Positions 35,589 through 46,994 of a DNA stretch of 64,000 nt are shown piece by piece. The stretch's first letter is position 1. Each line of letters begins with the position of its first letter. The notes under the pieces are model-generated. The model saw only the letters and a program-made list of their open reading frames with translations, was not told the origin of the DNA and did no database searches. The stretch comes from Cladosporium halotolerans (Eukaryota), in NCBI RefSeq assembly GCF_011745625.1, contig NW_027191467.1, positions 186,001 to 250,000 of the forward strand, in the 5' to 3' direction. The position numbers and the translations under genes are program-made.

Positions 35589-38500
35589 ATGTCGAACCCA
35601 AAGCAGAGAAACGCCATGCTCTCTACTGAGCCCCGCCAACCTTCGAGGTTGAACCCTCGCCGAATATCTGCCACACGATCCGTATCCCTTCGCCATTCGC
35701 CGGGCGCCGCAGCTTCACGCTCCTACGGACAGAAGAGAGATATCAGTCAAGCATGCAGCGAGAAGACGGACGATCACACCTCTCTCAAGGCTGAGAACAG
35801 CGACAGCTCGCCTTCGAGCTTGCTCCCTTTGACCGGCAGGGATAGCTCGGGAGAGACCAGCAATGCCGATAGGTGGTTTGATCAGTCGAACAACGACGTC
35901 AGGGATAACAGCGCTTCGTTTGCCGACAACGATCCTCCGTTCTTCATGCGCAACGGTTCATCTTCTGAAAGCCCACCTGATGTTGGCTCCCGTGGTCCAG
36001 TGGGAGCGCAATCCCTTCCGTTGCGAACGGGCCTAATGAACCTGGGTACCGATGGTGGCAGCAGTAACGAGGACTTCCGGGGTGTCATCGACGATCTCAC
36101 AATTGAGAACAAGAAGTTGAAGAGGCGCCTGAAAAAATACGAGAAGCTCCACGACGCGCACTTGAAAAATGAGAAGCTCTTTGAGATCCGGATACACGGG
36201 TTGGAACCGGAGAAGAAGCGCGAACTGGAAGACCTCCTTCGCACTTTCGCTGGCAGCCTCTCCACCAAGCACACGCCGGAGTTTCCAGCGGATGGTTACG
36301 AAGGTCTCCGCTCTGCTCTCAAGACCCACCAAACTGCTTCGTCGCACACCTCGCTTCTCAATACCGACTCCGCCTACGCGTCCATGTCGGCCTCAGGGCA
36401 AGGCTCGTCTGTACCCTCAGGTGGCGACAGCAGGCACAAGAGTCTAGCTCAGGCGGCCAAATCCCGTCAGCAAAACATAAACTCGTTTTTGCACAACATC
36501 CCTGAAGGACTGTTGCCGCAACAGCATCCCGAAGCTATGAGTGAGCGAGTGAAGAAGAAGCTTGTCGTCCGCCGACTCGAACAGATTTTTGCTGGAACAG
36601 ACGCTTTGGCTGGACCTCATCATCAGGCTTTGCAACAACAGGATGTCTCTCAAATGGCAGCCCATGCTGATCGTACGGCGATTGAAGCCCGAGGTCAGCA
36701 GGCGGTCCTGGAAGGCCAGCGTGAAGCTGCGATCATGCAGAACGAGACAGAGGAGCCAGTAGACAACCGCAAGAAGAGACTTGCGCCAAATTCCCAGGCA
36801 GTGAATTCCCAGCAGTCAGAGGATATTGCCGAAACCGACTTCGCCCAGCAATCGTCTGACGCAAACTCCGAGGAACAACGTCCCACGAGACCACTGGACC
36901 TAGATCCCGATCGCGCTCAAGTCCCTTCCGAAAATCTTCGATATATCCGCCATCTCGGCTTCTCCCCCCAAGATCCGGAGGGGCAACGCACGCCTGAAGA
37001 AGGTCACGGCTGGGTGTATCTCAATCTCCTCGTCAACATGGCTCAGCTTCACACCATCCACGTCACACCAGAGTTCGTGCGGAAGGCTGTCACCGACTGC
37101 AGCGATCATTTCGAGGTCTCCGCCGACGGTCGCAAGGTTCGCTGGAGAGGCGGTCCCAGTCTCACCAGAGGGAGCAGCTATGGCGGTGACTCTTCCAGGG
37201 AGCGCACCGACGAGGATGACGCACAAAGCCCGCGTAAGAAGCTCAAGGTCGCGCATGGTTCCCTGCAAAACGGACGGAACACCTCGAGCAAACACGCCTC
37301 TTCGACTCGCAAACCGCAGCAGGAATTGGGGAGACTTATGTACACGCCCCTTTTCTCTCACCGCTCCAACTCGGCCAGTAGCGAATTCTCTTCTGACGTT
37401 TCCGATGGCGAGGATTCGCCATACAAGATGCAAAACATGCATCAAATCGGCGGCGAATCCTCTGCCATGACTAGCTCGGGTGTTCGTACTGCCACGAAAC
37501 AGAAGAAACCGAAGACGCACGATTCTGGTCCGATCATCTTTTACAACAACGCTGGCTTTTGCACAGACCTCAGTGGTGACGCTGTACACAATGGCAACAC
37601 CGATGCTCCGAGTTACAAATTGCCGACGGTCGCTCCTGTTGGTAGCATTGCGACAATGGATACGCCAGGCACCTTGTTCGAGACGCGCGGTCCTCTTGAA
37701 GAAGCAAAGAATCTGCCGGAGCCAATGGATCTCGCAGATAATCCCATCCCTGACTCGCTGGAACTTTCATTCCCGAAGCACTCGCCGCCGCAAAGAAAGG
37801 ATGGCATGCACACCGCGCCTCACGTCGACCTCGAGGTGACAGGCATGGGGGGCGTTTACCCAGCAGACAATTTTGCTATCACCGTTGAGAGCAGGCACTC
37901 CGTCATCGACCAGGCGGAAGCACCTGCTGTGCCCGTGCACAACACGACAAAAAACCTTCCTGGCCGCTTCGCCTCAATCATCCAGGGTGACAACCCCCAG
38001 CGCAAAATCCGAGCTGCTGTCACACAGCAATACCTGAACGTCCAGCGCACCGAGCACCCTCCCTCAGTCCTCCCACCAGCCCTCTGCTACATGCCTAGCG
38101 CCGAGTCGAGCAACGACGACGTGAGCGAAGAAGCCGACGAAATGTCCCTCTCGCCAGCCTCACCCAACGCCTTCCCGCCCTCCGCCGCGCCCCAAACCCT
38201 CCACCTGCCCGACGGAGACTCCGAAGATTCGGACGAAGAAATGGCCTCGGACGAATCCGAAGCCAGCGACGCCGAGTCCGACGGCTCCCTCGACCTCCTC
38301 GCCACAGCCCGTGAGGCCGACCCGGAAGCCGTCCTGCGCAAGGAGCGCCAGTACGACGCCGAGATGGCCGAGCGCCTCGCTGAGGACATCCCGCCCGGCA
38401 GCTCTGCTGCCACCGCCGGCGGCGGCAGCGGCTTCGCCAGCCCGGCCGACGGCGTCGACAAGCGCGAGTACCGCCAGGCGTTGAAGGACGCGAGGGAGAG

Positions 38501-38648
38501 GCAGAAGGGGAACGCGAAGGGGCCGGCGCCGGCGCCCCCGAGCTTGGAGCACGCGCATACCAGTGACAGTATGGATGTGCAGGGGATTGCTGGGTCGGAC
38601 GCGAGTGTTGATGAGGCGGACGATGAGGACGATGGGAGTGGGTCTTGA
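35589..38648 (+). CDS. frq: Circadian clock protein FREQUENCY
   Basis: Coiled coil DFRGVIDDLTIENKKLKRRLKKYE; KLFEIRIHGL; DSAYASMS; KKKLVVRRLEQIF; EQRPTRPLDLDPDRAQ; GWVYLNLLVNMAQLH; NLS-like PRKKLK; FCTDLSGD; GGVYPADNF; acidic tail. Intronless, 1019 aa. Confidence 0.96.
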   Translation: MSNPKQRNAMLSTEPRQPSRLNPRRISATRSVSLRHSPGAAASRSYGQKRDISQACSEKTDDHTSLKAENSDSSPSSLLPLTGRDSSGETSNADRWFDQSNNDVRDNSASFADNDPPFFMRNGSSSESPPDVGSRGPVGAQSLPLRTGLMNLGTDGGSSNEDFRGVIDDLTIENKKLKRRLKKYEKLHDAHLKNEKLFEIRIHGLEPEKKRELEDLLRTFAGSLSTKHTPEFPADGYEGLRSALKTHQTASSHTSLLNTDSAYASMSASGQGSSVPSGGDSRHKSLAQAAKSRQQNINSFLHNIPEGLLPQQHPEAMSERVKKKLVVRRLEQIFAGTDALAGPHHQALQQQDVSQMAAHADRTAIEARGQQAVLEGQREAAIMQNETEEPVDNRKKRLAPNSQAVNSQQSEDIAETDFAQQSSDANSEEQRPTRPLDLDPDRAQVPSENLRYIRHLGFSPQDPEGQRTPEEGHGWVYLNLLVNMAQLHTIHVTPEFVRKAVTDCSDHFEVSADGRKVRWRGGPSLTRGSSYGGDSSRERTDEDDAQSPRKKLKVAHGSLQNGRNTSSKHASSTRKPQQELGRLMYTPLFSHRSNSASSEFSSDVSDGEDSPYKMQNMHQIGGESSAMTSSGVRTATKQKKPKTHDSGPIIFYNNAGFCTDLSGDAVHNGNTDAPSYKLPTVAPVGSIATMDTPGTLFETRGPLEEAKNLPEPMDLADNPIPDSLELSFPKHSPPQRKDGMHTAPHVDLEVTGMGGVYPADNFAITVESRHSVIDQAEAPAVPVHNTTKNLPGRFASIIQGDNPQRKIRAAVTQQYLNVQRTEHPPSVLPPALCYMPSAESSNDDVSEEADEMSLSPASPNAFPPSAAPQTLHLPDGDSEDSDEEMASDESEASDAESDGSLDLLATAREADPEAVLRKERQYDAEMAERLAEDIPPGSSAATAGGGSGFASPADGVDKREYRQALKDARERQKGNAKGPAPAPPSLEHAHTSDSMDVQGIAGSDASVDEADDEDDGSGS

Positions 38649-39698
38649 TTGCGTGAAACGAAAAGGGGTTTTCATGGCGGGCTCGAGGAAATCATGCTTG
38701 CCTTTGGTTGCTCGCGATTGTTTGTGTTTTGTTTGTGAATTCGATTCTGTAGGAGATACCCAGCTTTTGCGCACACATGACATTTGATTTGAGTAGCACA
38801 TTAGGCAGAGATGAACGAATCATGAAGACATATGATACGCTTCGATTACTCTTAATCGCTAAACGATGACAGCTCGCCCTTGCTGCCCAGTTCCACGTCG
38901 CGTTCGCTGTACTAGGTAGGCTCATTGCTATGAATGACGAACTCTTGTCTGATGAACAGCTCACCATTACATGTCAAATCTCCGTTCGCATTACAGCTTG
39001 CTGATGCTGATGAAGTCCGCGTTCCCTAACCGACGAAGCTCCCTCACTCATCAGAGTTGCCGTCACAATTGCCCGATTGGGTTTCAGTTGGCAAGACGTG
39101 CCTGATGTGCCGCGCTGCGAGGTTCGAGAGCAGTCGGTGGGGCGTCTTTGTCGATCACAGGCCAGTTGACGCGCTCGGGAGTGTGCCGGCGAGCCGGACT
39201 CCACGCCAGCACCCTTTGCCCTCTCGCCTGTGCCCTGGAGCCCTTCCTTCGTGACGCACTCTCGGTGCCCATCCTGCGCCCACCTCTGCACGCCTGAAGT
39301 CCGTAGCCGCCGTCCTGGCCCGCGCATACCACCACCGTCCCGCCACGTCGGGCACAGCGCCACCTCACTTCCAGTTCGCGCAGTCCTGGACTACGCGTCT
39401 TGCTACCCAGCTCCCATCAGCTGCCCGCCCGTCGCACCACCGCGCACCACCGGCTAAGCGGCCTTTCGACCGAGCAAGCGACAGCGACAGCACCCGCTAG
39501 ACGGCGGACCAGCCCGACCGCTGTCCGCCCTCCGCCCGCGCCGACGCCACACCCCTGGTCCACCGCGTTGCTTCACATGCCCAGCACCACCAGCAACGCC
39601 GTCCTGGACTAGCTCATCAACCCATCAGCAACCAGCGACCACAGGCCAGACAAAGCACCAGGGCGCCCGCCCAGCCCAGCCCAGCCAGCCCCGCCGCC

Positions 39699-42308
39699 AT
39701 GAGCAGCAACTTCTCTCTCGACCCGTCGCTGTACGACGACAATGCGGATACGAAACCCCAGCAGCACCCGCCCCAGGGCTTGGACGGCTACCAACACGCG
39801 CCCATGGCCTCGCATCAGCATCAGCCGCCTCCTCCCCAACAGCAGCAGCAGCAGCAGCCGTCCATGAACGTGCCCGCGGCGGTGCAGGAGGGCGCGATGC
39901 CGCCGCAGAGCGACGTCGACGAGTTCCTGCGCAAGAAGCGTAAGGCGCGAGAGCACAAGGCTTGTTACCCTTGTAGGCAGCGGAAGGTGAAGTACGTGAT
40001 GCCTCTGTGTTTGCCTCGCTTTGATAGATTTCTGTTTTGTTTTGTTTTTGGTTTCGTTCGACACATCCGCCCAGCACCTCACGAGACGAACGCGCTAATC
40101 GCGACCCCTCCAGATGCGACCTCTCGCGACCCTGCCAGACATGCCGCGACAGAGACCACCCGGAGCTCTGCTCCTACCACCCGCCCAACAAGCGCCAGAA
40201 CGCAGAGCAACCCGCGCCTCCAGTTCCCATGCCGCGCTCCGAAGACGGCTACCAGGTCTCCGGCGGACCCGCACCCGCAGCGGGCAACGTGACCCTCAGC
40301 CAGGCGCAGTTCGACATGCTCTGCAACAAGCTCCACGGGCTGGAGAACTCCATCACCGAGCTGCGCAACGAGATCTCGCGGAATTCGCAGGGCCGCGCGA
40401 GTGGCGACTTGCACGACCCCAAGATGTACGCGCCGCGGGTCGACGAGGCGCAGGCGAACGGCCAGCCGCTTAATGGCGAGGCGAAGGCGCCGCAGGTCTT
40501 CCAGAGACATGCCGCGAAGCATGGCATTCACGCGAAAAACGAGCAGGTACGTATTCCCTTCTTTCGAGCAGCTCTCCATTCCGTCGTCTGACATTTTCCC
40601 CCAAGGGCCAAACCGTGCATTTCGGCGCAGGCTCGATACCCGCTTTCCTCATATCGATGCGCAACGGCGGCAACACAGACCTCTCGGAGGCGCAGGAAGT
40701 CCTCGGCAAATCGATTCTGCCCATGTTCGGCCTCGACAATGAATCCGCGACGTACCCCTTCGTCGACCTATGGGGCCTGCCTCACGGGTCTCTCGCGCGA
40801 GCCCAGGAATTGGCCAAAGCTTTGCCTACGGACTCCCAATGTCTCTCGTTCTTCCGGTACTATCGCGACATGGCGTTCGTGATATACCCTGGATTGGCGC
40901 AGTTGGAGTTGTTTGAGGAGGATCTGAATCAGTTCCTTGTGGTGAGAGCGGCGCAGGATCCTGCTGGGGAGGGAGTGTCTGAGCAGGAGATTTATGGTCA
41001 GGACTTTCACTGGCTTGGTCTGTTGTTCGCTGTGCTGGCGAGTGGAGCGCAGAGTTCGCAGATGCAGCGGAAGGAGAGGGAGTTGACGTCGCAGGTTTAC
41101 AGTAGGTTCTCTTCCGCGGCACTTGAGGACAATTTGGGGCCATTTACTGACAAGTCTTAGTTTGCTGTGCGATGGAATGCTTGCGAATTGTGAACTTCCT
41201 ATCTCAAGTCAAGCTGGAGACGGTGCAGACACTTCTGATCATTCAGAATGTCTTGACGAACAACATGAATGCGGCAACCGCGTGGGCGATGCATGGTCTG
41301 ACCATCAGGCTTGCACAGGGTCTTGGAATACACCAGCCTTGTCCTCCTGGCATACCCACAGAACTGGTATATCCTCGATCAAAGCTGTGGTGGGGCGTCG
41401 TTTGGCAAGACAGCTTACTGTCAATCATCTACGACCGAGCATCTGGACCGACGACAGCAACGCAGACGATGATGCCCATGCCCATGCATTATGGGCCGAT
41501 CTCGGAATACCACAAGACAATGTATCCTCTGGTCCAGGTAGGCCTTGAGATTGTTCGCGATCGCGAGCGCATAAACGAGATGACTCCACACGAGCTGCAT
41601 GAGAAGATCGCCATGCACCGGGAAACAATCAGCCAGCTCATGAGAGACTCCGCCGAATACCTGCGAGACTCGCGAAAATGCACCTCACCCCAGCAAACCC
41701 TGGAGCACTGGGCCCTGTACCTCCACACATCCTACTCCCTCTCCGAGCTCTTCCGCCCCGCGATCAGCACCCGCTACGCCAGCCGCGAGCTCGTCGCAAC
41801 CTACAAACCCCTCTGCGTGGAGAACCTCATCAACACCGTCGAGGCCTTCCTCGGCCTCAACAACATCACCGCCTACGCGCGCCAGTCCTGGGCCGCCATC
41901 CACCGCGGCCTCGGCTCCGCCCTGCTCCTCGGCATCCTCGGCGAGCACACGCGCAACGACCGCGCCCGCCACCTCCTCTCCCGCTTCATCAACGCCATCC
42001 ACGACATCACGACCAACATCGACCCCCAGGAGATCGCCGCGCCCCTGCAGCGCGGCATCTCGGCTCTCAGGCGCCTCAACATCCAGGAGGTCCCCGGCGG
42101 CGCGCGCTACGAGACGCGCCTTGACGACGCGGGCGTCGCGCTCGATGCCGACGGGTCGCTGAAGCTGGAGCACGGGCATCCGATCTATCACACCCCGAAC
42201 TCGGAGTTCCCGTGCCCGAACGACGAGCACTCGCCGTACTCGGTGCTGAACACGATTCTGTGGGGCGCGAATCAGCCGATGGCGCATGGGTTGCAGGCGA
42301 GTTTGTGA
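39699..42308 (+). CDS. Zn(II)2Cys6 transcription factor with a fungal-specific TF domain; exons 39699-39991, 40114-40546, 40606-41101, 41161-42308
   Basis: Spliced cluster ACYPCRQRKVKCDLSRPCQTCRDRDHPELCSY and middle region IRLAQGLGIH...LWWGVVWQDSLLSIIYDR. Three canonical introns. Confidence 0.93.
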
Positions 42309-42847
42309 GGTGGTTGGAGGGGAGGGGGGTTTGACGACTATCGTTTATAATAAGGTATGAGGCGGACTGGGAGAGGGGATTTTGGGGGCATTTGTTTGTT
42401 AAAGAGCTCGGGCGTTTTTTGGGGGGTCCCTATGGGATTCGTGGCCGTGATATCCTCTTTGGGCTGGTTGGGAGAATGGAGCTTTTCCTTTGAGCAATGT
42501 TTTCCGCGCGCGGAGACGTGATCTCGGTGTCTCGTGGATTTTATCTTTGCGCATGTGTGTATGTATGTAGTATTTGTGATAACGAAAAGTCATCGTTCAT
42601 CGAGCTTTGCGCGTTCGGGTGCATGAAGTGAGAGTAACGCCGTGGAGTCTGTCGCGCGTGCAACGACCGAAAGGATCGCAAGATTCTCAGTGCTACCTAC
42701 AACTAGGAATGACCAAAGCGAATGAATCAGGGTGGCTAGGTAAAGTAGGCAGTACCGCCGTTGCGTTCATGTCCCTGGAGGTATGTGTCCTCCCCTTCCG
42801 AAACTCGCAGCGAGCGAAGCGATATCGATGCTCCCTTCAAACAGAAC

Positions 42848-43173
42848 AAAATAATATAAAATGAAATAAATAAATGTTGACTCGAGTTTCTCCCATATGC
42901 GACAACCCACTAGCGCCCGCTGCTGACCGGCCAATCAGCGGCTGTGGTCGCGCTCCACGTAGCGGGTGAAGTGAAATGGCGGCTTTCGCGACTGCGCGCG
43001 CTCGCAGCGTTGAAAATAAATATGAAATAATAAAGAAAGAGGACTCGACTTTCTCCAATATGCAGCCATCCGCTAGCGTGACTTCCTCCCGTCCCAATCA
43101 GATGCCGAGCTCGCTCTCCATCTCACGGGTGAAGTGAAGAGGTGGTTTTCGCGACTGCGAGCGCGCGCCTGCG
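42848..43173. repeat. Diverged direct tandem duplication, period 163 bp (A-rich tract + GC-rich core)
   Basis: Cores start GACTCGA at 42879 and 43042. Shared blocks: TTTCTCC.ATATGC, CTAGCG, CCAATCAG, CGGGTGAAGTGAA and TTTCGCGACTGCG. Confidence 0.85.
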
Positions 43174-43388
43174 AGATATGAGGTGCATTCAGGCATCCTT
43201 GGATCTACATCACGGGGGATTAAGAGAGAAGGAGAGCAAAAAGGAGAGCAGTTGTATTTGGCATAACAAAATTTCATAGCATTCGCTTTTTCTTCCGCCG
43301 ACGACAGCCACCGTTTACATCTACGTCTACATCCGTGATATCTACACCTCTCCGCGTTAAACCCCACTCTCCAAATAGAAAAAACAAT

Positions 43389-45523
43389 CTAGCAGACACC
43401 GCTCGGCACAGTCGTGCTGCCAGTCCTCCTGCTGGAGCTGTAGACGGCGCCGGAGCCGAGGCCGCGCTTGGCGAAGGCGCGCCAGATCTCGCAGGCGTTG
43501 GAGCCGCCGGTGAGAGCGCGGTCGGCGTCGAGGATGGCGTCGCGGGCTTGCACGAAGGTCGGGTTGCAGGGTTGGCTTTGGATGGACGTGTTAGCAAGTG
43601 ATGCGGGTCTTTAGGTGGAGTGAAAGGGGACTTACAGAGCCATGCCGTCCAGCACGAGCTGCATCGCGAGGTACTTTCCATCAGTGGCGACACCGTTGCG
43701 CAGCGTCGGGCGCGCGGCGTCATTCTTGCCGTACTTGTCGATGAGGTTCCAGAGCATCTCGTACAGCATCGTGGCCCAGATGGTGCCAATAGCGTGCACA
43801 GAGGTCATGCCGTTGGCGTCGGTGTAGACGTGCGGGTTGACGGAGGTGCTCGTCGAGTAGGGGTACGCGCGGATGCCGTCTGCGTCGTTGGCGATCCAGC
43901 TGCCCATCGGGTAGCTCTTGCTGCGTGTGTCGGAGGACTTCAGGCGGATGGCGGTGGCCATGAAGTCACCCCAGCCCTCGCCCATACCGCCGGACTCGAG
44001 CGCGTTGAGGCAGTTGGAGTTGGAGGGTCCGCCGGTGAGGCGGTTGGAGACTGGGTGGGGATGTTAGTGTGTGGTTATGGCTTGATGGTTTGGAAGTTGA
44101 AGACTTACCACCGTGGGTGTACTCGTGGATGATGACACCAGCGTCGAAGCTGGAGTCACGCCTCGGGGAAGAGTAGTCCCAGATGTACATGCGCATGCGG
44201 GGCATCTGGCCATCGGGGGGAGTGGCGAAGTTGGCGTTGTTGGTGCCAGAGCCGTCCTGGGTGTTAAGGATGACATCGTCATTGCCGCGGCCACCTGCGC
44301 CGTTATTGTTCACCTCGAAGTTGCCAGCGGCCTCGTTGAAGCCGAGGGTGTGGAGCAGGTCGTGGTAGGTGTTCGAGATGTAGAACAGCTGGGTGACCGA
44401 CGCATCCACGTAAGAGGACGGAGTGGTCGTGGACGTCGAGTAGGGAAAGACGTAGTTGTTGCCGCTGCCTCCACTGGGCCTGTAGTTGTTGAGGTAGCTG
44501 CTGCCTCCACTGGGATTGGTCTGCGCGATGGCGTTGTTGCCACGGGTGACAGTGTACGAGGTAGATCCAGTGCCGTGCCAGCCGAACTCAGAGGAGCTGG
44601 TGTCCCAGGGGTTGGTAAGGGTCTGCCTGCTGCCCTCAGTCGGGTCATTCAGTCCCCAAGGGCTAAAGGAGTTGTTAGAACACATTCTCCGAAATGGAGT
44701 CAGACCATTCAGAACGTACTAGACTTGGTAGGATGCATCAGCCGACCAGTCAACGACACCGTGGACTTCCTCCTTAGTGTCGGCATCAACATAGGTCAAA
44801 AGCCAGTTGGTGTCGATGTCGGTCTCGACCCTCCAAACGAGCTTAAGTCCGTCGTCCTTCTGCAGGTACATGAGCTGGGCTTTCGGGTCCCTGACGGCAC
44901 CAGAGGTGCCCTTGAGGACATAGGAATCGTCGCCATCAGCAGGCTCCGCAGTAGCGGCGTCAGCCTTGACAGGAAGTTGAAGAGTGCTGGAAGCTCCCTG
45001 CAAGGCTTGCACCGGCTCAATCACATCGCGCTTGCGGAGCTGCGATGGCTCCGGGATTGCGCCCTCGTAGAAGGAACCACCGAAGGAGAAAACCTCACCG
45101 TTCTTGTCGATCTGCAAACGATTAGCATCAGTTCGCACGGTAGCAAATCATGTGGATGCGACTTACGTTAACGTTGAAATCGGCATTGTCAATGTCCAAA
45201 CCGTTGGCGGTCTGCCTGAGGCGAACGTGGGCGATGCCGTTCGAGCCAACATAGTGGTCGTCAACAACACGGAAAGTAAGGTCGGGGTGCTTGGCCTTGG
45301 CCAATGCGGAGGCAGTGTCGACGTAGGTGTCCCTCTTGGTGAGTGACGTGGTGTCAGGGCTGGTCTCTGTTGCCGTGGCGTTGATGTACTCGCTCAACGC
45401 TGTAAGACGGAAAGCGTTCAGGTCGATAGTGCGTCGTTGAAGAGCAGGTCTTGCATCAGACGTAGGGTGTGCGCGGACGTACGCCGCAGAGGACAGAACA
45501 CCGGCGAGAAGGAGGCCCCTCAT
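43389..45523 (-). CDS. Fungalysin (peptidase M36) extracellular metalloprotease; exons 45523-45167, 45111-44720, 44662-44109, 44050-43636, 43575-43389
   Basis: Signal peptide and FTP propeptide ([13 protein letters not shown]), [19 protein letters not shown], the zinc motif [13 protein letters not shown] and [18 protein letters not shown]. Four canonical introns. Confidence 0.96.
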
Positions 45524-46994
45524 TGCAACGAAGGTTGGGGATCAGGATCCCAGAGGAGTGGTTGACCGTTTGAAACGATGGATGTAGCGAGTGCGTTGTT
45601 GTGGAGCTTTCTGATCCGTCGCTGTCTCGTGGAGACGGTCCTCTTTATACACGTTCGATGGCTGTACCATTGTACGTGACCTTCGTCTGTGGTAACATCG
45701 CGTCGTCTGCACTTGGATCAGCTGGGCATTGCTGTTGGCCATAACGTTATCACCAAGCAGCTGCCTCTTCGAGCGCAAGTATGCAGTAGGCGTATATCAT
45801 GCTTTGTTCGATTCTCCATATGGCGCGTCAACCGACGTTATCTCAATAACCTTCTGCATTCAAGACGGATGTCTCTCCTTACAGAACCTACTATCAACGC
45901 CGAGATGCTAGACTTAGCGATGCCGAGCCACCAGGGGTCGTTGTGAGGCGTCCAATTGGATAGGTACATGAAGACGCAAAGTTCAGGTGACTCTCCGGCA
46001 TAGCAAAACGGATGGCGACATTCACCACAAGACCCACCGTCAGGACGGTTCCTTCGCGCGGTCTGTCAAAGCGGCAGCGAGCCGTCGCGTGCTAGGCAGA
46101 TCTACTGCAGGACTATACACAAGTCAAGGTCCAGATCCCGCTTGTGCAGATGCACTTTATTTCCCTGGGCAGGGCTACGCCTATGAGCTTCCCTTTGTGG
46201 TCCGGCAATAGCAGGGCAGTGCTTCTATCAATTTTCCGTACAGTGCGTAGCGCCACTCCGTCGCGTGCTAGTTGTAGATCTTAATTACTGCGTCGGCCTG
46301 ACCTGCCAATGAAGCGGCCCGAATCCAGTTGTAGTCCTTTGGGCCGTCCTATTGGTGTGTCGCTCATAGCCGACAAGGTCACAATAGATGGGCGCGCGGG
46401 CTCTAAATTGACTTGCATGATGGTGGCTCGAATGACGGCGCTCGTCAGCGGTATTCTGTGGAAGCGAATTATTGTCCAAAGAGCCCGTGAGGTCGACGTA
46501 GCCGCTGCGCTAGTTTGGTCTTCACGCTACTTTGACCTGCAGGCTTGCCAAGACCGAGGTCAGATTACAGTTTGGAGGCACCTGCCTATTTGGCAAGTAG
46601 CGAATGACCAGTGAGCGTGAACAGACGACGAAGACAACCTGACAGCTGATTATTGCGAAGAAGGTGCAAATCGCATAAATCGTGGCTGCGCCATCAATCA
46701 ATAGTGACTCGATGCTTGGGCCTATATAGGTACGCACCTTCCTCGCAGGTACTCGCGTGCAGGTCTTCTTAACCTCGCCCTTATCTCTCGGCGCGTGGTA
46801 GCGTATTATTTATCCCGTACCAAGACACTAGCGAGAGCGCGGTTCGGATTGGTGAAGGTCTACTTCGACGAGATGGACCTGATGGCAGTGTAGCATTGTA
46901 GTATCTTGTGATTACTCGTATTGTGACAGCATGACCCAGGGGATATCTTACAGAGCGGTCATCTCCTATCAATCTCCACACACCAACCAGTCTC

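Noticed and set aside
39992..40113. 122-nt intron in the Zn2Cys6 gene as a possible stwintron or introner element
   Set aside because: No nested donor/branch/acceptor set that rebuilds a second intron, and no similar copy in the window.
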